This document shows positions 28,666 through 38,438 of a stretch of DNA of 39,245 nt, piece after piece. The stretch is from a virus (Duplodnaviria; Heunggongvirae; Uroviricota; Caudoviricetes). Every line of letters starts with the position of its first letter. Position 1 is the first letter of the stretch. Made by a program: the position numbers and the translations under genes. The notes below the pieces were generated by a model. The model did no database searches. It was not told the DNA's origin and was given only the letters and a program-made list of their open reading frames with translations. The stretch is from the IMG/VR virus record IMGVR_UViG_2558860161_000002; one strand, given 5' to 3'.

Positions 28666-28836
28666 CATTTCCTCTTTTAGTCTGTTATGACTTTCCAGTT
28701 ACACAGTAAGTCGATTATATGGTGCAAACGTGTAAAAGATAAGATGAAACATCGCAATAATCAACATACGATAGTCTAAATTTTACACAAACAGACAAAG
28801 AAAATTTTCCTGAATTATCAATACAATAGCATCAAA

Positions 28837-29067
28837 TCAACTCAAGAGCCTTATTGCTGCTTCCAGAATTTCTTCTGAAGTAACATGTCGATCCGCGGCT
28901 ACATAAATGACTTTATGATCTCCGGTCAGAGATGGAAACCCTGCGGCCATTACAGTAAGGTGTGTTTTTTCGCCATTTGGATATTCACGCATGATGGTGT
29001 TAACTCCAGTCATCGCTGGCACTACCACTGCAGGTTCAGAGTTAAAAAAAACTATGATTTTTTTCAT
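28837..29067 (-). CDS. hypothetical small protein (76 aa from MKKIIVFFNSEP...)
   Basis: ORF 28837..29109; no family recognised; weak ribosome-binding site; terminator hairpin only about 48 bp upstream. Confidence 0.3.
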   Translation of the reverse strand: MKKIIVFFNSEPAVVVPAMTGVNTIMREYPNGEKTHLTVMAAGFPSLTGDHKVIYVAADRHVTSEEILEAAIRLLS

Positions 29068-29109
29068 GATGTTACCGTAGTATGTGAGTATCCATCGAAT
29101 AGATACCAA

Positions 29110-29140
29110 GCAAAAAGGCTCCCGAAGGAGCCTTCATTTT
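29110..29140 (-). terminator. rho-independent terminator (bidirectional-looking) downstream of cspI
   Basis: aaggctcc-cgaa-ggagcctt hairpin flanked by an A-run on one side and a T-run on the other. Confidence 0.6.
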
Positions 29141-29338
29141 CACTTTTTTAAATCCAACGACAGACGGCTGGCATTTAAGTATTGTGAAATATTATCAAAT
29201 GTAATCATCATTGATTTACAAAAGATACATTTTGCCCCGAAAGGATTCATGTCAGAAACATCAAAAGATGATGTTCTATACTGGGAACCATGACAACACG
29301 GGCATCTAAAGTGAATATGGTTTGTAATATTGTCTACC

Positions 29339-29492
29339 TCAAAGCGCCACTACATGAACAGCGGCAGGACCTTTAGGTCCGTTCTCAATACCAAATTCAA
29401 CTTCCTGATTCTCAGTTAATGTTTTGAAATCGTTGCTCTGAATTGCTGAGAAATGGACAAACACATCTTTGCTGCCATCTTTCGGCGTGATG
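29339..29492 (-). pseudogene. cspI: cold-shock protein CspI, C-terminal fragment (gene interrupted by IS1)
   Basis: translation [50 protein letters not shown] directly abutting the IS1 left inverted repeat. Confidence 0.85.
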
Positions 29493-29547
29493 GGTGATGC
29501 TGCCAACTTACTGATTTAGTGTATGATGGTGTTTTTGAGGTGCTCCA

Positions 29548-29823
29548 GTGGCTTCTGTTTCTATCAGCTGTCCCTCCTGTTCAGCTACTGACGGGGTGGT
29601 GCGTAACGGCAAAAGCACCGCCGGACATCAGCGCTATCTCTGCTCTCACTGCCGTAAAACATGGCAACTGCAGTTCACTTACACCGCTTCTCAACCCGGT
29701 ACGCACCAGAAAATCATTGATATGGCCATGAATGGCGTTGGATGCCGGGCAACAGCCCGCATTATGGGCGTTGGCCTCAACACGATTTTACGTCACTTAA
29801 AAAACTCAGGCCGCAGTCGGTAA
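29548..29823 (+). CDS. insA: IS1 InsA
   Basis: 91-aa ORF identical to the insA of the IS1 at 2941..3708. Confidence 0.9.
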
Positions 29824-30245
29824 CCTCGCGCATACAGCCGGGCAGTGACGTCATCGTCTGCGCGGAAATGGACGAACAGTGGGGCTATGTCGGGGCTAAA
29901 TCGCGCCAGCGCTGGCTGTTTTACGCGTATGACAGGCTCCGGAAGACGGTTGTTGCGCACGTATTCGGTGAACGCACTATGGCGACGCTGGGGCGTCTTA
30001 TGAGCCTGCTGTCACCCTTTGACGTGGTGATATGGATGACGGATGGCTGGCCGCTGTATGAATCCCGCCTGAAGGGAAAGCTGCACGTAATCAGCAAGCG
30101 ATATACGCAGCGAATTGAGCGGCATAACCTGAATCTGAGGCAGCACCTGGCACGGCTGGGACGGAAGTCGCTGTCGTTCTCAAAATCGGTGGAGCTGCAT
30201 GACAAAGTCATCGGGCATTATCTGAACATAAAACACTATCAATAA
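29742..30245 (+). CDS. insB: IS1 InsB reading frame
   Basis: 167-aa ORF identical to the insB of the IS1 at 2941..3708. Confidence 0.9.
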
Positions 30246-30260
30246 GTTGGAGTCATTACC

Positions 30261-30328
30261 GGCGTGATGAAACCAAAACCTTTTTCAGGGTTAAACCATT
30301 TCACTAAACCAGTCATTTTGTTAGACAT
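30261..30328 (-). pseudogene. cspI: cold-shock protein CspI, N-terminal fragment
   Basis: ATG at 30328; translation [23 protein letters not shown] ending in the 9-bp target duplication. Confidence 0.85.
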
Positions 30329-30690
30329 AATTATTACCTTTTGAAGAAATTAGCCCTTGGGCAGAATGGTCCGAAAAAAATATCAGAGAGAAAAACCAAC
30401 AAGGAAATCTCAAGAGGTACAAATAATAAAATTATAACAATGACTGCTTCAGATAAATTTGTAACAAACCAGAACACCATTAACGCATGATTAACCACCC
30501 ATAGCAAGGATTACTTTTGTAAAGAAAAACACAGCAATGAAAGAATAGCTTTATTTATTAATAATAACGTGTCATTCTGATTAAGACCTTTTATCTTACC
30601 CTTAAGATTTCAGGAATTTTGGCTCATGGAAGAGTCCTTTTTATTTAAATTTTACATTCCGCGATGTAAATGTTCCGATTTAATATTACC

Positions 30691-31714
<1,024 letters not shown>

Positions 31715-31718
<4 letters not shown>

Positions 31719-32026
31719 ATATATTTATGATGAGGACGCTCGTGCTTATTGGCAGGATTTTCAATCTTAAAGGAGTACTGATGCTGCAGATAAGACTCAA
31801 CTTTTTCTGACAATTTTTCTGCTACTTCCAGGAAGACTTGCCGGACGCTCCTTCTGGCTGCTGCCTCATAAAACTCCAGCGCAGCTCCTTCAACACGGTC
31901 CATGGCGACATCCAGGTCAAAAATTTCACCGTCAAAGCGTTCTTTGTCCTGTAAGGCTACAGTTACCGTAACTTTATTCTCAAAATTACGGACTCCTTTC
32001 ACAACCAGTTCATAGTCTTGAGTCAT
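31715..32026 (-). CDS. ydfR: YdfR-like prophage protein of unknown function
   Basis: 103-aa ORF MTQDYELVVKGVRNFENKVTV... between the holin and endolysin genes. Confidence 0.5.
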
Positions 32027-32030
32027 TGGA

Positions 32031-32246
32031 TTACTCTCCTCTCGCAGCCTTACGCCTGTCTTCTTTAATCTTGAAATAAAGATTTGTCAGATACGTCAGC
32101 AGGCCAAAAACCAGGCTACCCAGCACACCGATTGCAGCCCACTGTGACGGAGTTACTTTATCGAGTAACTGCAATGCCCAGAAACCAGCATTACCCGCCG
32201 ATGTGCCATAGGCAACACCTGTTGTTAACTTATCCATTGATTTCAT
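32031..32246 (-). CDS. class II holin / pinholin (phage 21 S-like), 71 aa from [10 protein letters not shown]
   Basis: two hydrophobic helices ([42 protein letters not shown]) and a charged C-terminus, immediately upstream of the endolysin. Confidence 0.8.
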   Translation of the reverse strand: MKSMDKLTTGVAYGTSAGNAGFWALQLLDKVTPSQWAAIGVLGSLVFGLLTYLTNLYFKIKEDRRKAARGE

Positions 32247-32465
32247 ATCCTCACCCCGATGTACACGGATGGTGCAATATGTTTGAAAAGATCGGAGTCT
32301 ACGGGGTAGTTTTGACAGCACACGTTGTTCTCAACGGCGCTAAAAAAACATACACATTAAAAATGTGGGTAATTATTTTGAAAGAAAGTCATATATAAAA
32401 TAATAATACGAGAAATGTTTTCATATTTAGTGTACTGTATACGGCCATTTATACAGGAAAAGCCT

Positions 32466-32636
32466 ATGTCAGAACGTAAAAACTCAAAATCACGCCGTAA
32501 TTATCTCGTTAAATGTTCCTGCCCAAACTGCACCCAAGAGTCAGAACACAGTTTTTCAAGAGTACAAAAAGGTGCCCTTTTGATCTGCCCTCATTGCAAC
32601 AAAGTATTCCAGACAAATCTTAAAGCTGTAGCCTGA
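32466..32636 (+). CDS. ynfU: small zinc-ribbon protein (CxxC...CxxC), 56 aa
   Basis: ORF from MSERKNSKSRRNYLVKCSCPNCTQESEHSFSRVQKGALLICPHCNKVFQTNLKAVA; aggaaaag Shine-Dalgarno. Confidence 0.6.
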   Translation: MSERKNSKSRRNYLVKCSCPNCTQESEHSFSRVQKGALLICPHCNKVFQTNLKAVA

Positions 32637-32695
32637 TTGATTTTATTAGTAACAAGTATTTTTTATATTTTAATAATATATTTAAAGCAGATAAT

Positions 32696-32718
32696 AAAAA
32701 ACCCGCCTGAGCGGGTTT
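32696..32718 (-). terminator. rho-independent terminator downstream of cspB (also abuts the ynfU 3' end)
   Basis: aaacccgc-ctga-gcgggttt hairpin followed on the minus strand by tttttatt. Confidence 0.65.
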
Positions 32719-32999
32719 GAGATTGTGGTGCTTTTTGTGGGAGTCATCCACTTACGCACTTTGTTTTGCCATGCCAGCAGTTAGCTTCTGCTGTAAAACT
32801 ATTCATGCAGCAAACCTGCACTTCACCACAATGGTTAGCATACTTTTCCTGATTAAGATTTTGCCAAATATGCTAGCCATTGTTTCATGTATTGGACCTC
32901 CTTACTTTTTATTAAAGAGATCCAATATTCACTACTCTGTCCGTATCTCTACTCAGGCATCAGCCTTCTTCGTTATCGTATACAGACGAGCGATGAATT

Positions 33000-33215
33000 T
33001 TAATCAGTAATGATGACATTTGCTGCTGCAGGACCTTTAGCACCACTCTCTATAGAGAAGGTAACCTTTTGACCTTCAAATAAGGTTCGATAATTATCAT
33101 TCTGAATCGCAGAAAAATGCACAAACACATCTTTACTACCATCAACAGGAGAAATAAAGCCGAAACCTTTATCAGCGTTAAACCATTTTACTAAACCAGT
33201 CATTTTATTTGACAT
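33000..33215 (-). CDS. cspB: cold-shock protein (CspA family), 71 aa
   Basis: [74 protein letters not shown]. Confidence 0.9.
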   Translation of the reverse strand: MSNKMTGLVKWFNADKGFGFISPVDGSKDVFVHFSAIQNDNYRTLFEGQKVTFSIESGAKGPAAANVIITD

Positions 33216-33515
33216 TCTACATTCCTTAACTTGAGCCTTTCGGCATAAATGGTTTGCATAACAGAAACGACTTCGTACTTAATTGGAGAGACTCAAAGAA
33301 GGAATAAGTGAATAACACCTGAAATGAGAACTGCTTTAGTAAACTACTTCGTATATCGTCTGTTCTTCAAACCGACGCAATCATTAACGCATAGTTGAAC
33401 ATATGAAGCAATGTTTATTTTAGACATCCAGCCATCTTCAACCCCATCAAAAAACTATAGCTTTCTTCAGGAACGTGTGTATAGTGCGCCAAGTTATCAG
33501 TATTAAGGAATTTTT

Positions 33516-33728
33516 TTGTCCCGTAAAATGACAGGAATTGTCAAAACCTTTGACGGCAAAAGCGGCAAGGGTCTTATCACCCCATCCGATGGTCGTATCG
33601 ATGTCCAGCTTCATGTCTCAGCGCTCAATCTCCGCGATGCAGAAGAAATTACCACCGGATTACGCGTGGAATTTTGCCGGATAAATGGTCTGCGTGGCCC
33701 TTCAGCTGCCAATGTTTACCTTTCATGA
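33516..33728 (+). CDS. cspF: cold-shock protein paralog (CspA family), 70 aa, apparent TTG start
   Basis: ORF (M)[69 protein letters not shown]. Confidence 0.8.
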
Positions 33729-34020
33729 GCTATATTAAAGCTTTAATTTCAGGCCCCATCGGATCACACATGGAGAGTTTTTATGAATAACCCCGTCTGT
33801 CTTGATGACTGGTTGATTGGCTTTAAAAGCTTATGCTGTACTTTGGCCGTAATAGCTCTGCTAATAATATAATAAGCAGACTCATTGTGTTTAGGGACAT
33901 TGTACTGGAAGAAAACATTTTAAACATCAGGCAAATAACCAAGTCACCAGCTAAATAATAAGTTAACAGACATGAGTCCCGGGATGAGATTCAACATTAC
34001 CATTGCCCCATTTAAAGCAC

Positions 34021-34044
34021 AAAACCCGCTCATCAGCGGGTTTT
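34021..34044 (-). terminator. tR'-like terminator about 40 nt downstream of the putative late promoter
   Basis: aaaacccgct-catc-agcgggtttt hairpin; read on the minus strand it follows the pR'-like promoter. Confidence 0.5.
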
Positions 34045-34089
34045 CTACTTTTTCTTAACGTCGGGTATACAAAGCCCATCGTTGAAAAA

Positions 34090-34118
34090 ATTTTATCCAT
34101 ATTTTTTGAAAAATGCAA
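34090..34118 (-). promoter_or_regulatory. pR'-like sigma-70 late promoter immediately downstream of Q (expected site of Q action)
   Basis: minus-strand TTGCAT (-35; plus 34113..34118), 17-nt spacer, TAAAAT (-10; plus 34090..34095). Confidence 0.6.
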
Positions 34119-34149
34119 ACATCATGTCGCCATCTTCAGCAAAAATCAT

Positions 34150-34902
34150 TTATCTCGTCACCTTCCTCAATTGCGCTTCCGCGTATGCTTCTTCCTGCCA
34201 GCACTTTGTTACCAGTTTACCAATGACGTCCGCATACCCCTTATACCACTGATAATCGGTCAGGTCTGGTACCAGCTTCTGGACATGACGTCGTGCCAGC
34301 GTGGTCGGTAAACGACTAAACCGGTTTCCATTACAACGCCCACAAATCTTATATACCGGTACGCCATGAAACCGGGTTCTTTTTTCATCCAGAACAATCC
34401 CTTTACCCTTACACCCTCTGCACGCTGTGCTGGCTTCGCCCTTACCATGGCAATGCTGACATAGTTCCTTCACCCATTCTTCCTTGATTACAGATTCCCC
34501 GCGTCTGTAGTGTTTCACCACTTCGCGCAATACATTATAAAATCCCGTACCTGAACAATGCTCACAGCGAGCCTTACTTGCCGCAGACCTGGAGTAATCA
34601 GCAAAGGCAAAACTCACGAGGTAAGGAATAATCTGTAACCGGATTTCTTCACTCAATTTGTTCAATGTCGGGTTATCCAGTGCCATCGCGTAATTTAGCA
34701 GGCCTTCAATCGCAAACTGAGGGTCCTGAACACCAACTTTTGCCAGAAATAAGGCCAACCCAAGTGGTGCTTTCGACTGCACCATCCCCTGCGCTGCCAT
34801 TACATCCGTAATTGTTAAACAACCGGTGCCTGTCGCTGGAGCGTCATCGCTCAATTTTGGAGATTTTGGGGAGTAATATTTTGGTAAGGCTTCAAGGTTC
34901 AT
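34150..34902 (-). CDS. quuQ: late-gene antitermination protein Q (lambdoid Q family with Cys-rich zinc-binding motifs), 250 aa from MNLEALPKYY
   Basis: ORF with CxxC...CxxC clusters (CEHCSGTG, CQHCHGKG, CRGCKGKG, CGRCNG); directly upstream of the pR'-like promoter. Confidence 0.8.
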   Translation of the reverse strand: MNLEALPKYYSPKSPKLSDDAPATGTGCLTITDVMAAQGMVQSKAPLGLALFLAKVGVQDPQFAIEGLLNYAMALDNPTLNKLSEEIRLQIIPYLVSFAFADYSRSAASKARCEHCSGTGFYNVLREVVKHYRRGESVIKEEWVKELCQHCHGKGEASTACRGCKGKGIVLDEKRTRFHGVPVYKICGRCNGNRFSRLPTTLARRHVQKLVPDLTDYQWYKGYADVIGKLVTKCWQEEAYAEAQLRKVTR

Positions 34903-34915
34903 GCTCGTTCTCCAC

Positions 34916-36004
34916 TTACGCCAGTACGCCAATTGCCAGCGCGCGATCGATAAAACGAAATATCAGCTCCAGTTGGGAGCCATACTTATCTTCAAATGCC
35001 ACTGTATCCGTATGCAGCTCGTTGTGATGCTTTCTGCACAAAGGCAACACAAAGAGATCATGTGCTTTTGTTCCCATTCCGCCCTGCCCGTGACCAATCA
35101 GATGATGCGGATCGTCGGCTGGCATACCGCAGCAAGCACACGGCTGTGTCTTAACCCAACGTGTGTATTTCTCCTTAACCCAGCGGCGACGTTTAGGCAG
35201 CTTCATGAAAGATTCCGGAGACTCTGGATCAACGGTGATGCTTACCACCGTCTTTTCCTGTGGTGATTTTTGTTGCTGGTGGGCGTAAGGCAACGGTGCA
35301 AGATTTTTTGTGCGTTGTTTCAATATGCTGGTGGCGGTCTGCTCTCCCGGTACGATGTCGCTTTCGCGGTACACCGAGCAGATTTTTTCCGCTGGTAATC
35401 CCAGCGAACGACGCGATACAGCCTCAGGTAGTGCATCCACCACCTGATTGCAGACCGCCCACCAGGATAATTCAGCCAAAGATAATTCCCGCTCCTGCGT
35501 ACCGCTTATTGCGTGACGGATGACGTCAATCACCCATGCTGTCAGATTTTGTTGAGCAAGCAGCTCCAGTGATTCCGATGTCTGGTCACGCAGTTGGTTG
35601 TCGCAGTGCCAGCACAACACCATTGCGCCGGTACCATAACGGTGAATGACTGTTTCAGTGTGATGGTAATCGCCATTAGGCCACTGGCAGGATGTAACAT
35701 GACGTAATAGCCAGTCGGACAATGCGCCAACGCCGCCAGCAGCACGAATCACCCGTTCGTTACTAAAAAACGGCAGCAATGTTTTGTCTTCCGCCAGCGG
35801 CTGGCGAACGGCAGGAACGACTCCGGATGGCAGATTACGCATGCTTTTTGGTTCCGGTTCCACCAGCACTCGAGGATTATGAAATATCTGTATGGATTCA
35901 CGGCCCGGCTTAAGGACCACCAGCCCAAGCTCAGGCACCAGAACAGGTCTAAGTAATACCCGCACGTTACCTCCAGATCCGTTGCTGGAAAGTGCGGGAC
36001 GCAC
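34916..36004 (-). CDS. ydfU: YdfU-like (DUF968) protein with a C-terminal HNH-like Cys/His motif; start uncertain
   Basis: ORF containing ...QPCACCGMPADDPHHLIGHGQGGMGTKAHDLFVLPLCRKHHNELH... Confidence 0.6.
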   Translation of the reverse strand: MRPALSSNGSGGNVRVLLRPVLVPELGLVVLKPGRESIQIFHNPRVLVEPEPKSMRNLPSGVVPAVRQPLAEDKTLLPFFSNERVIRAAGGVGALSDWLLRHVTSCQWPNGDYHHTETVIHRYGTGAMVLCWHCDNQLRDQTSESLELLAQQNLTAWVIDVIRHAISGTQERELSLAELSWWAVCNQVVDALPEAVSRRSLGLPAEKICSVYRESDIVPGEQTATSILKQRTKNLAPLPYAHQQQKSPQEKTVVSITVDPESPESFMKLPKRRRWVKEKYTRWVKTQPCACCGMPADDPHHLIGHGQGGMGTKAHDLFVLPLCRKHHNELHTDTVAFEDKYGSQLELIFRFIDRALAIGVLA

Positions 36005-36245
36005 GTGGTGGGCGTTCGGAATAAGGCAGCCTGACAGAGATTATCCAGTGCCGATAGTCGAGACTGAGAGCTTTCTTAACCTCGAACCCGCGCCTGCGGT
36101 AAGAATGAATCAGCCATTCGGCCTGTTCTGCAGTGCATGGAGGGTGCTGGAACCATTCAGACTTGAATGCGTGAGAATACCGCCCGTGCGTGCAGGCAAG
36201 AACGGGCGAATTATCAGAATTGTAATATTTTGCGTTGCGTGCCAT
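35967..36245 (-). CDS. hypothetical protein, 92 aa
   Basis: ORF MARNAKYYNSDNSPVLACTHGRYSHAFKSEWFQHPPC...; 3' end overlaps the longest ydfU frame. Confidence 0.35.
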   Translation of the reverse strand: MARNAKYYNSDNSPVLACTHGRYSHAFKSEWFQHPPCTAEQAEWLIHSYRRRGFEVKKALSLDYRHWIISVRLPYSERPPRASRTFQQRIWR

Positions 36246-36311
36246 CGGTTTTCTCCGGTGGCACGGTGTTACTCAGCGGGAGTTCAGCCCCGCGCAAGAT
36301 TGTAGATGAGT

Positions 36312-36563
36312 TTATTCTCCTGAAAAAGCAGAAAAGCCAGCTTTTATTCCGATCTCTTTCAATGCCTGTAATGAAGTGACAAACTCACCTTCGCGCAAGA
36401 TAAATCCGTCCGTGACCCGAGCATCCACAAAATTAATTAACGCAGCCCCATTCTTTCGCAAACACATAATGCGGTAATGACTAACAAGATTTCCATTTTC
36501 AACGCACACAGCATAGAGGCCATCTTCACAAAAAATTTTACGCAGTTCTTCGATGTTCATCAT
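36312..36563 (-). CDS. hypothetical protein, 83 aa (length and position match the Qin rem gene as recalled)
   Basis: ORF MMNIEELRKIFCEDGLYAVCVENGNLVSHYRIMCLRKNGAALINF... Confidence 0.4.
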   Translation of the reverse strand: MMNIEELRKIFCEDGLYAVCVENGNLVSHYRIMCLRKNGAALINFVDARVTDGFILREGEFVTSLQALKEIGIKAGFSAFSGE

Positions 36564-36689
36564 CAGAATCCTTCCGGATAATTAGCTCTCCCCTTTAAGG
36601 GACCATCCCTCTTATCCCTGCGCGCTACTTAAGTATTTTTGATTCTATTCCGGCACCGTCCAGAACTTCAAACGCGTTGAAAATAAAAA

Positions 36690-36712
36690 CAAAAACCCGC
36701 CGAAGCGGGTTA
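36690..36712 (-). terminator. rho-independent terminator downstream of hokD (end of the relB-relE-hokD unit)
   Basis: aacccgc-cgaa-gcgggtt hairpin followed on the minus strand by tttgtttttatttt. Confidence 0.7.
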
Positions 36713-36779
36713 AGTGCGGGTGCGTTGAGGATGCCTGCCACATCAGAGGTGGCGAGGGATTTCTCCCCTGCCGGGTCTC

Positions 36780-36935
36780 TTACTCCTCAGGTTCGTAAGC
36801 TGTGAAGACAGCGACCTCCGTCTGGCCGGTTCGGATTCGTACCTCGCAGAGGTCTTTCCTCGTTACCAGTGCCGTCACTATGACGGTTAAACAGATGACG
36901 ATCAGGGCGATTAACATCGCCTTTTGCTGCTTCAT
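36780..36935 (-). CDS. hokD: Hok-family type I toxin (small membrane protein), 51 aa (below the ORF-track size cutoff)
   Basis: hand translation MKQQKAMLIALIVICLTVIVTALVTRKDLCEVRIRTGQTEVAVFTAYEPEE. Confidence 0.85.
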   Translation of the reverse strand: MKQQKAMLIALIVICLTVIVTALVTRKDLCEVRIRTGQTEVAVFTAYEPEE

Positions 36936-37006
36936 AGCCTGCTTCTCCTGTCAACGCAAAGCAGAAGTGTCACCTTCGGTGCGAAACAGAGATGTCATGC
37001 TTTGGT

Positions 37007-37294
37007 TCAGAGAATGCGTTTGACCGCCTCGCTATATACTTCCGAGCGTTCTCTTTTCCCAACAGAAATCACGAAAACGACAACTTTCTCGTCTATAACC
37101 TGGTATACAAGGCGATAGCCTGAAGACCGGAGCTTAATCTTGTAACAATCAGGCATACCACGGAGCTTGTTTGCTTCAATCCGGGGTGACTCAAGTACTT
37201 CAACCAGCTTCTTTTTCAACTGTTCACGTACCGTCGAGCCCAGCTTTCGCCATTCCTTTAGTGCCCGCTCGTCAAAATCCAGAAAATACGCCAT
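37007..37294 (-). CDS. relE: RelE toxin (mRNA interferase)
   Basis: 95-aa ORF MAYFLDFDERALKEWRKLGSTVREQLKKKLVEVLESPRIEANKLRGMPDCYKIKLRSSGYRLVYQVIDEKVVVFVISVGKRERSEVY... Confidence 0.9.
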   Translation of the reverse strand: MAYFLDFDERALKEWRKLGSTVREQLKKKLVEVLESPRIEANKLRGMPDCYKIKLRSSGYRLVYQVIDEKVVVFVISVGKRERSEVYSEAVKRIL

Positions 37295-37533
37295 CAGAGT
37301 TCATCCAGCGTCACACGTACTGGCTTAGGATTACGAAGCCGTTCTTTCACTATCTCCACAAGTTCAGCATCTTCATCACTCAGGAGTGTCTGTTTGAACG
37401 GCAAGCGTTCATTGTCAGCGATATACTCGAGCATGAGACGAAGCGCTTCAGAAGGAGTTACACCCATTTTTTCAAGCGCGGCGTAAGAACGCGCTTTAAG
37501 TTCATCGTCAATACGCAGGTTAATGCTACCCAT
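37294..37533 (-). CDS. relB: RelB antitoxin
   Basis: 79-aa ORF MGSINLRIDDELKARSYAALEKMGVTPSEALRLMLEYIADNERLPFK...; stop/start overlap with relE. Confidence 0.9.
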   Translation of the reverse strand: MGSINLRIDDELKARSYAALEKMGVTPSEALRLMLEYIADNERLPFKQTLLSDEDAELVEIVKERLRNPKPVRVTLDEL

Positions 37534-37542
37534 GTCTTACAC

Positions 37543-37572
37543 CTCTTGTAATTACAAATGTCATTACAAGTA
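37543..37572 (-). promoter_or_regulatory. relBE promoter/operator region with hexad inverted repeats
   Basis: perfect palindrome ttgtaattacaa (37546..37557) and related tgtcattacaag (37559..37570) just upstream of relB. Confidence 0.6.
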
Positions 37573-37863
37573 TCGCACTACAACATGCTTAGGGCAAGTC
37601 ACGAAGGAAGTCAGAAAGTAGTCGTAAGAACGGTGATCACTGTCCGCTTTGTGCCAGGAGCAGCCATTGCTAAGTCCATCCTGTATTGTGCAGGTCAGCT
37701 CGTTTTTAAAGAGTCCGGCCATCATCTTACTGGTACAGACACCATATACTTTGTGACGGTCAGGCTACATATGCACAACTCAACTTATTCATCTATTTTT
37801 TGCTTTAGCATGTCAGTGTTGCTTTCTCGTCGGCGGGTGAGCGGTGACCTGACCTGTCGATAA
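37558..37863 (+). CDS. hypothetical protein divergent from relB, 101 aa (YdfV-like position and length)
   Basis: ORF MSLQVSHYNMLRASHEGSQKVVVRTV...; begins inside the relBE operator region. Confidence 0.3.
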   Translation: MSLQVSHYNMLRASHEGSQKVVVRTVITVRFVPGAAIAKSILYCAGQLVFKESGHHLTGTDTIYFVTVRLHMHNSTYSSIFCFSMSVLLSRRRVSGDLTCR

Positions 37864-38015
37864 AGGAACGTAGCACGTTTTATGCAACACCCGCATGCGG
37901 CAGAAAATTATTGCCGAACGTTTACCCCTGTCAACAAGCTTTACTTTCTGAGGCGCGCCAGCCCGCGAGGAAAACAATCTGAACATCAAACAATTAATGA
38001 CACAAGAAATACGAT

Positions 38016-38042
38016 TAAAGATTTTTTTGTGCATGCCGATAG
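38016..38042 (+). promoter_or_regulatory. FliA (sigma-28) dependent promoter upstream of flxA
   Basis: TAAAGATT, 11-nt spacer, GCCGATAG, matching the sigma-28 consensus TAAAGTTT-N11-GCCGATAA; 23 nt before the flxA ATG. Confidence 0.7.
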
Positions 38043-38065
38043 TGCTTTTTTAAAAGGAGAAATCT

Positions 38066-38398
38066 ATGTCTGTCACAATTCAGGGAAATACCTCAACCGT
38101 TATTTCAAACAACTCCGCCCCGGAAGGAACATCAGAAATAGCCAAAATCACAAGACAAATTCAGGTGCTGACTGAAAAGCTTGGGAAAATCTCATCGGAA
38201 GAGGGGATGACGACACAGCAGAAAAAAGAAATGGCTGCATTGGTACAGAAGCAAATTGAAAGCCTCAGGGCTCAACTGGAGCAGTTGTTAAGGCAGCAGG
38301 CAGAGAAAAAGAATAAAGACGCGACAGTTCAGCCTGATAAAAAAGAAGAGAAAAAAGACGATACAAATACCGCTGGCACCATTGATATTTACGTCTAA
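38066..38398 (+). CDS. flxA: FlxA (FliA-regulated protein), 110 aa
   Basis: ORF MSVTIQGNTSTVISNNSAPEGTSEIAKITRQIQVLTEKLGK...; aaggaga Shine-Dalgarno. Confidence 0.85.
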   Translation: MSVTIQGNTSTVISNNSAPEGTSEIAKITRQIQVLTEKLGKISSEEGMTTQQKKEMAALVQKQIESLRAQLEQLLRQQAEKKNKDATVQPDKKEEKKDDTNTAGTIDIYV

Positions 38399-38412
38399 GT
38401 GACAGCCGTATT

Positions 38413-38438
38413 GTGGCCCTCATCGGGCCACTTTTCGC
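38413..38438 (+). terminator. rho-independent terminator after flxA
   Basis: gtggccc-tcatc-gggccac hairpin followed by ttttcgcc. Confidence 0.7.

Larger units (their letters stand above)
29493..30260 (+). mobile_element. IS1, complete 768-bp copy with insA (29548..29823) and insB (29742..30245), inserted in cspI
   Basis: left inverted repeat ggtgatgctgccaacttactgat at 29493, right inverted repeat ending gttggagtcattacc at 30260; flanked by direct repeats ggcgtgatg at 29484..29492 and 30261..30269. Confidence 0.95.

Noticed and set aside
27440-29340. Cos-proximal accessory region as a possible novel defence or anti-defence island
   Set aside because: Each ORF here is small and attributable to known Qin-type accessory genes (gnsB, ydfO, csp) or is a weakly supported hypothetical; no multi-gene system with nuclease, ATPase or toxin-antitoxin architecture is present.
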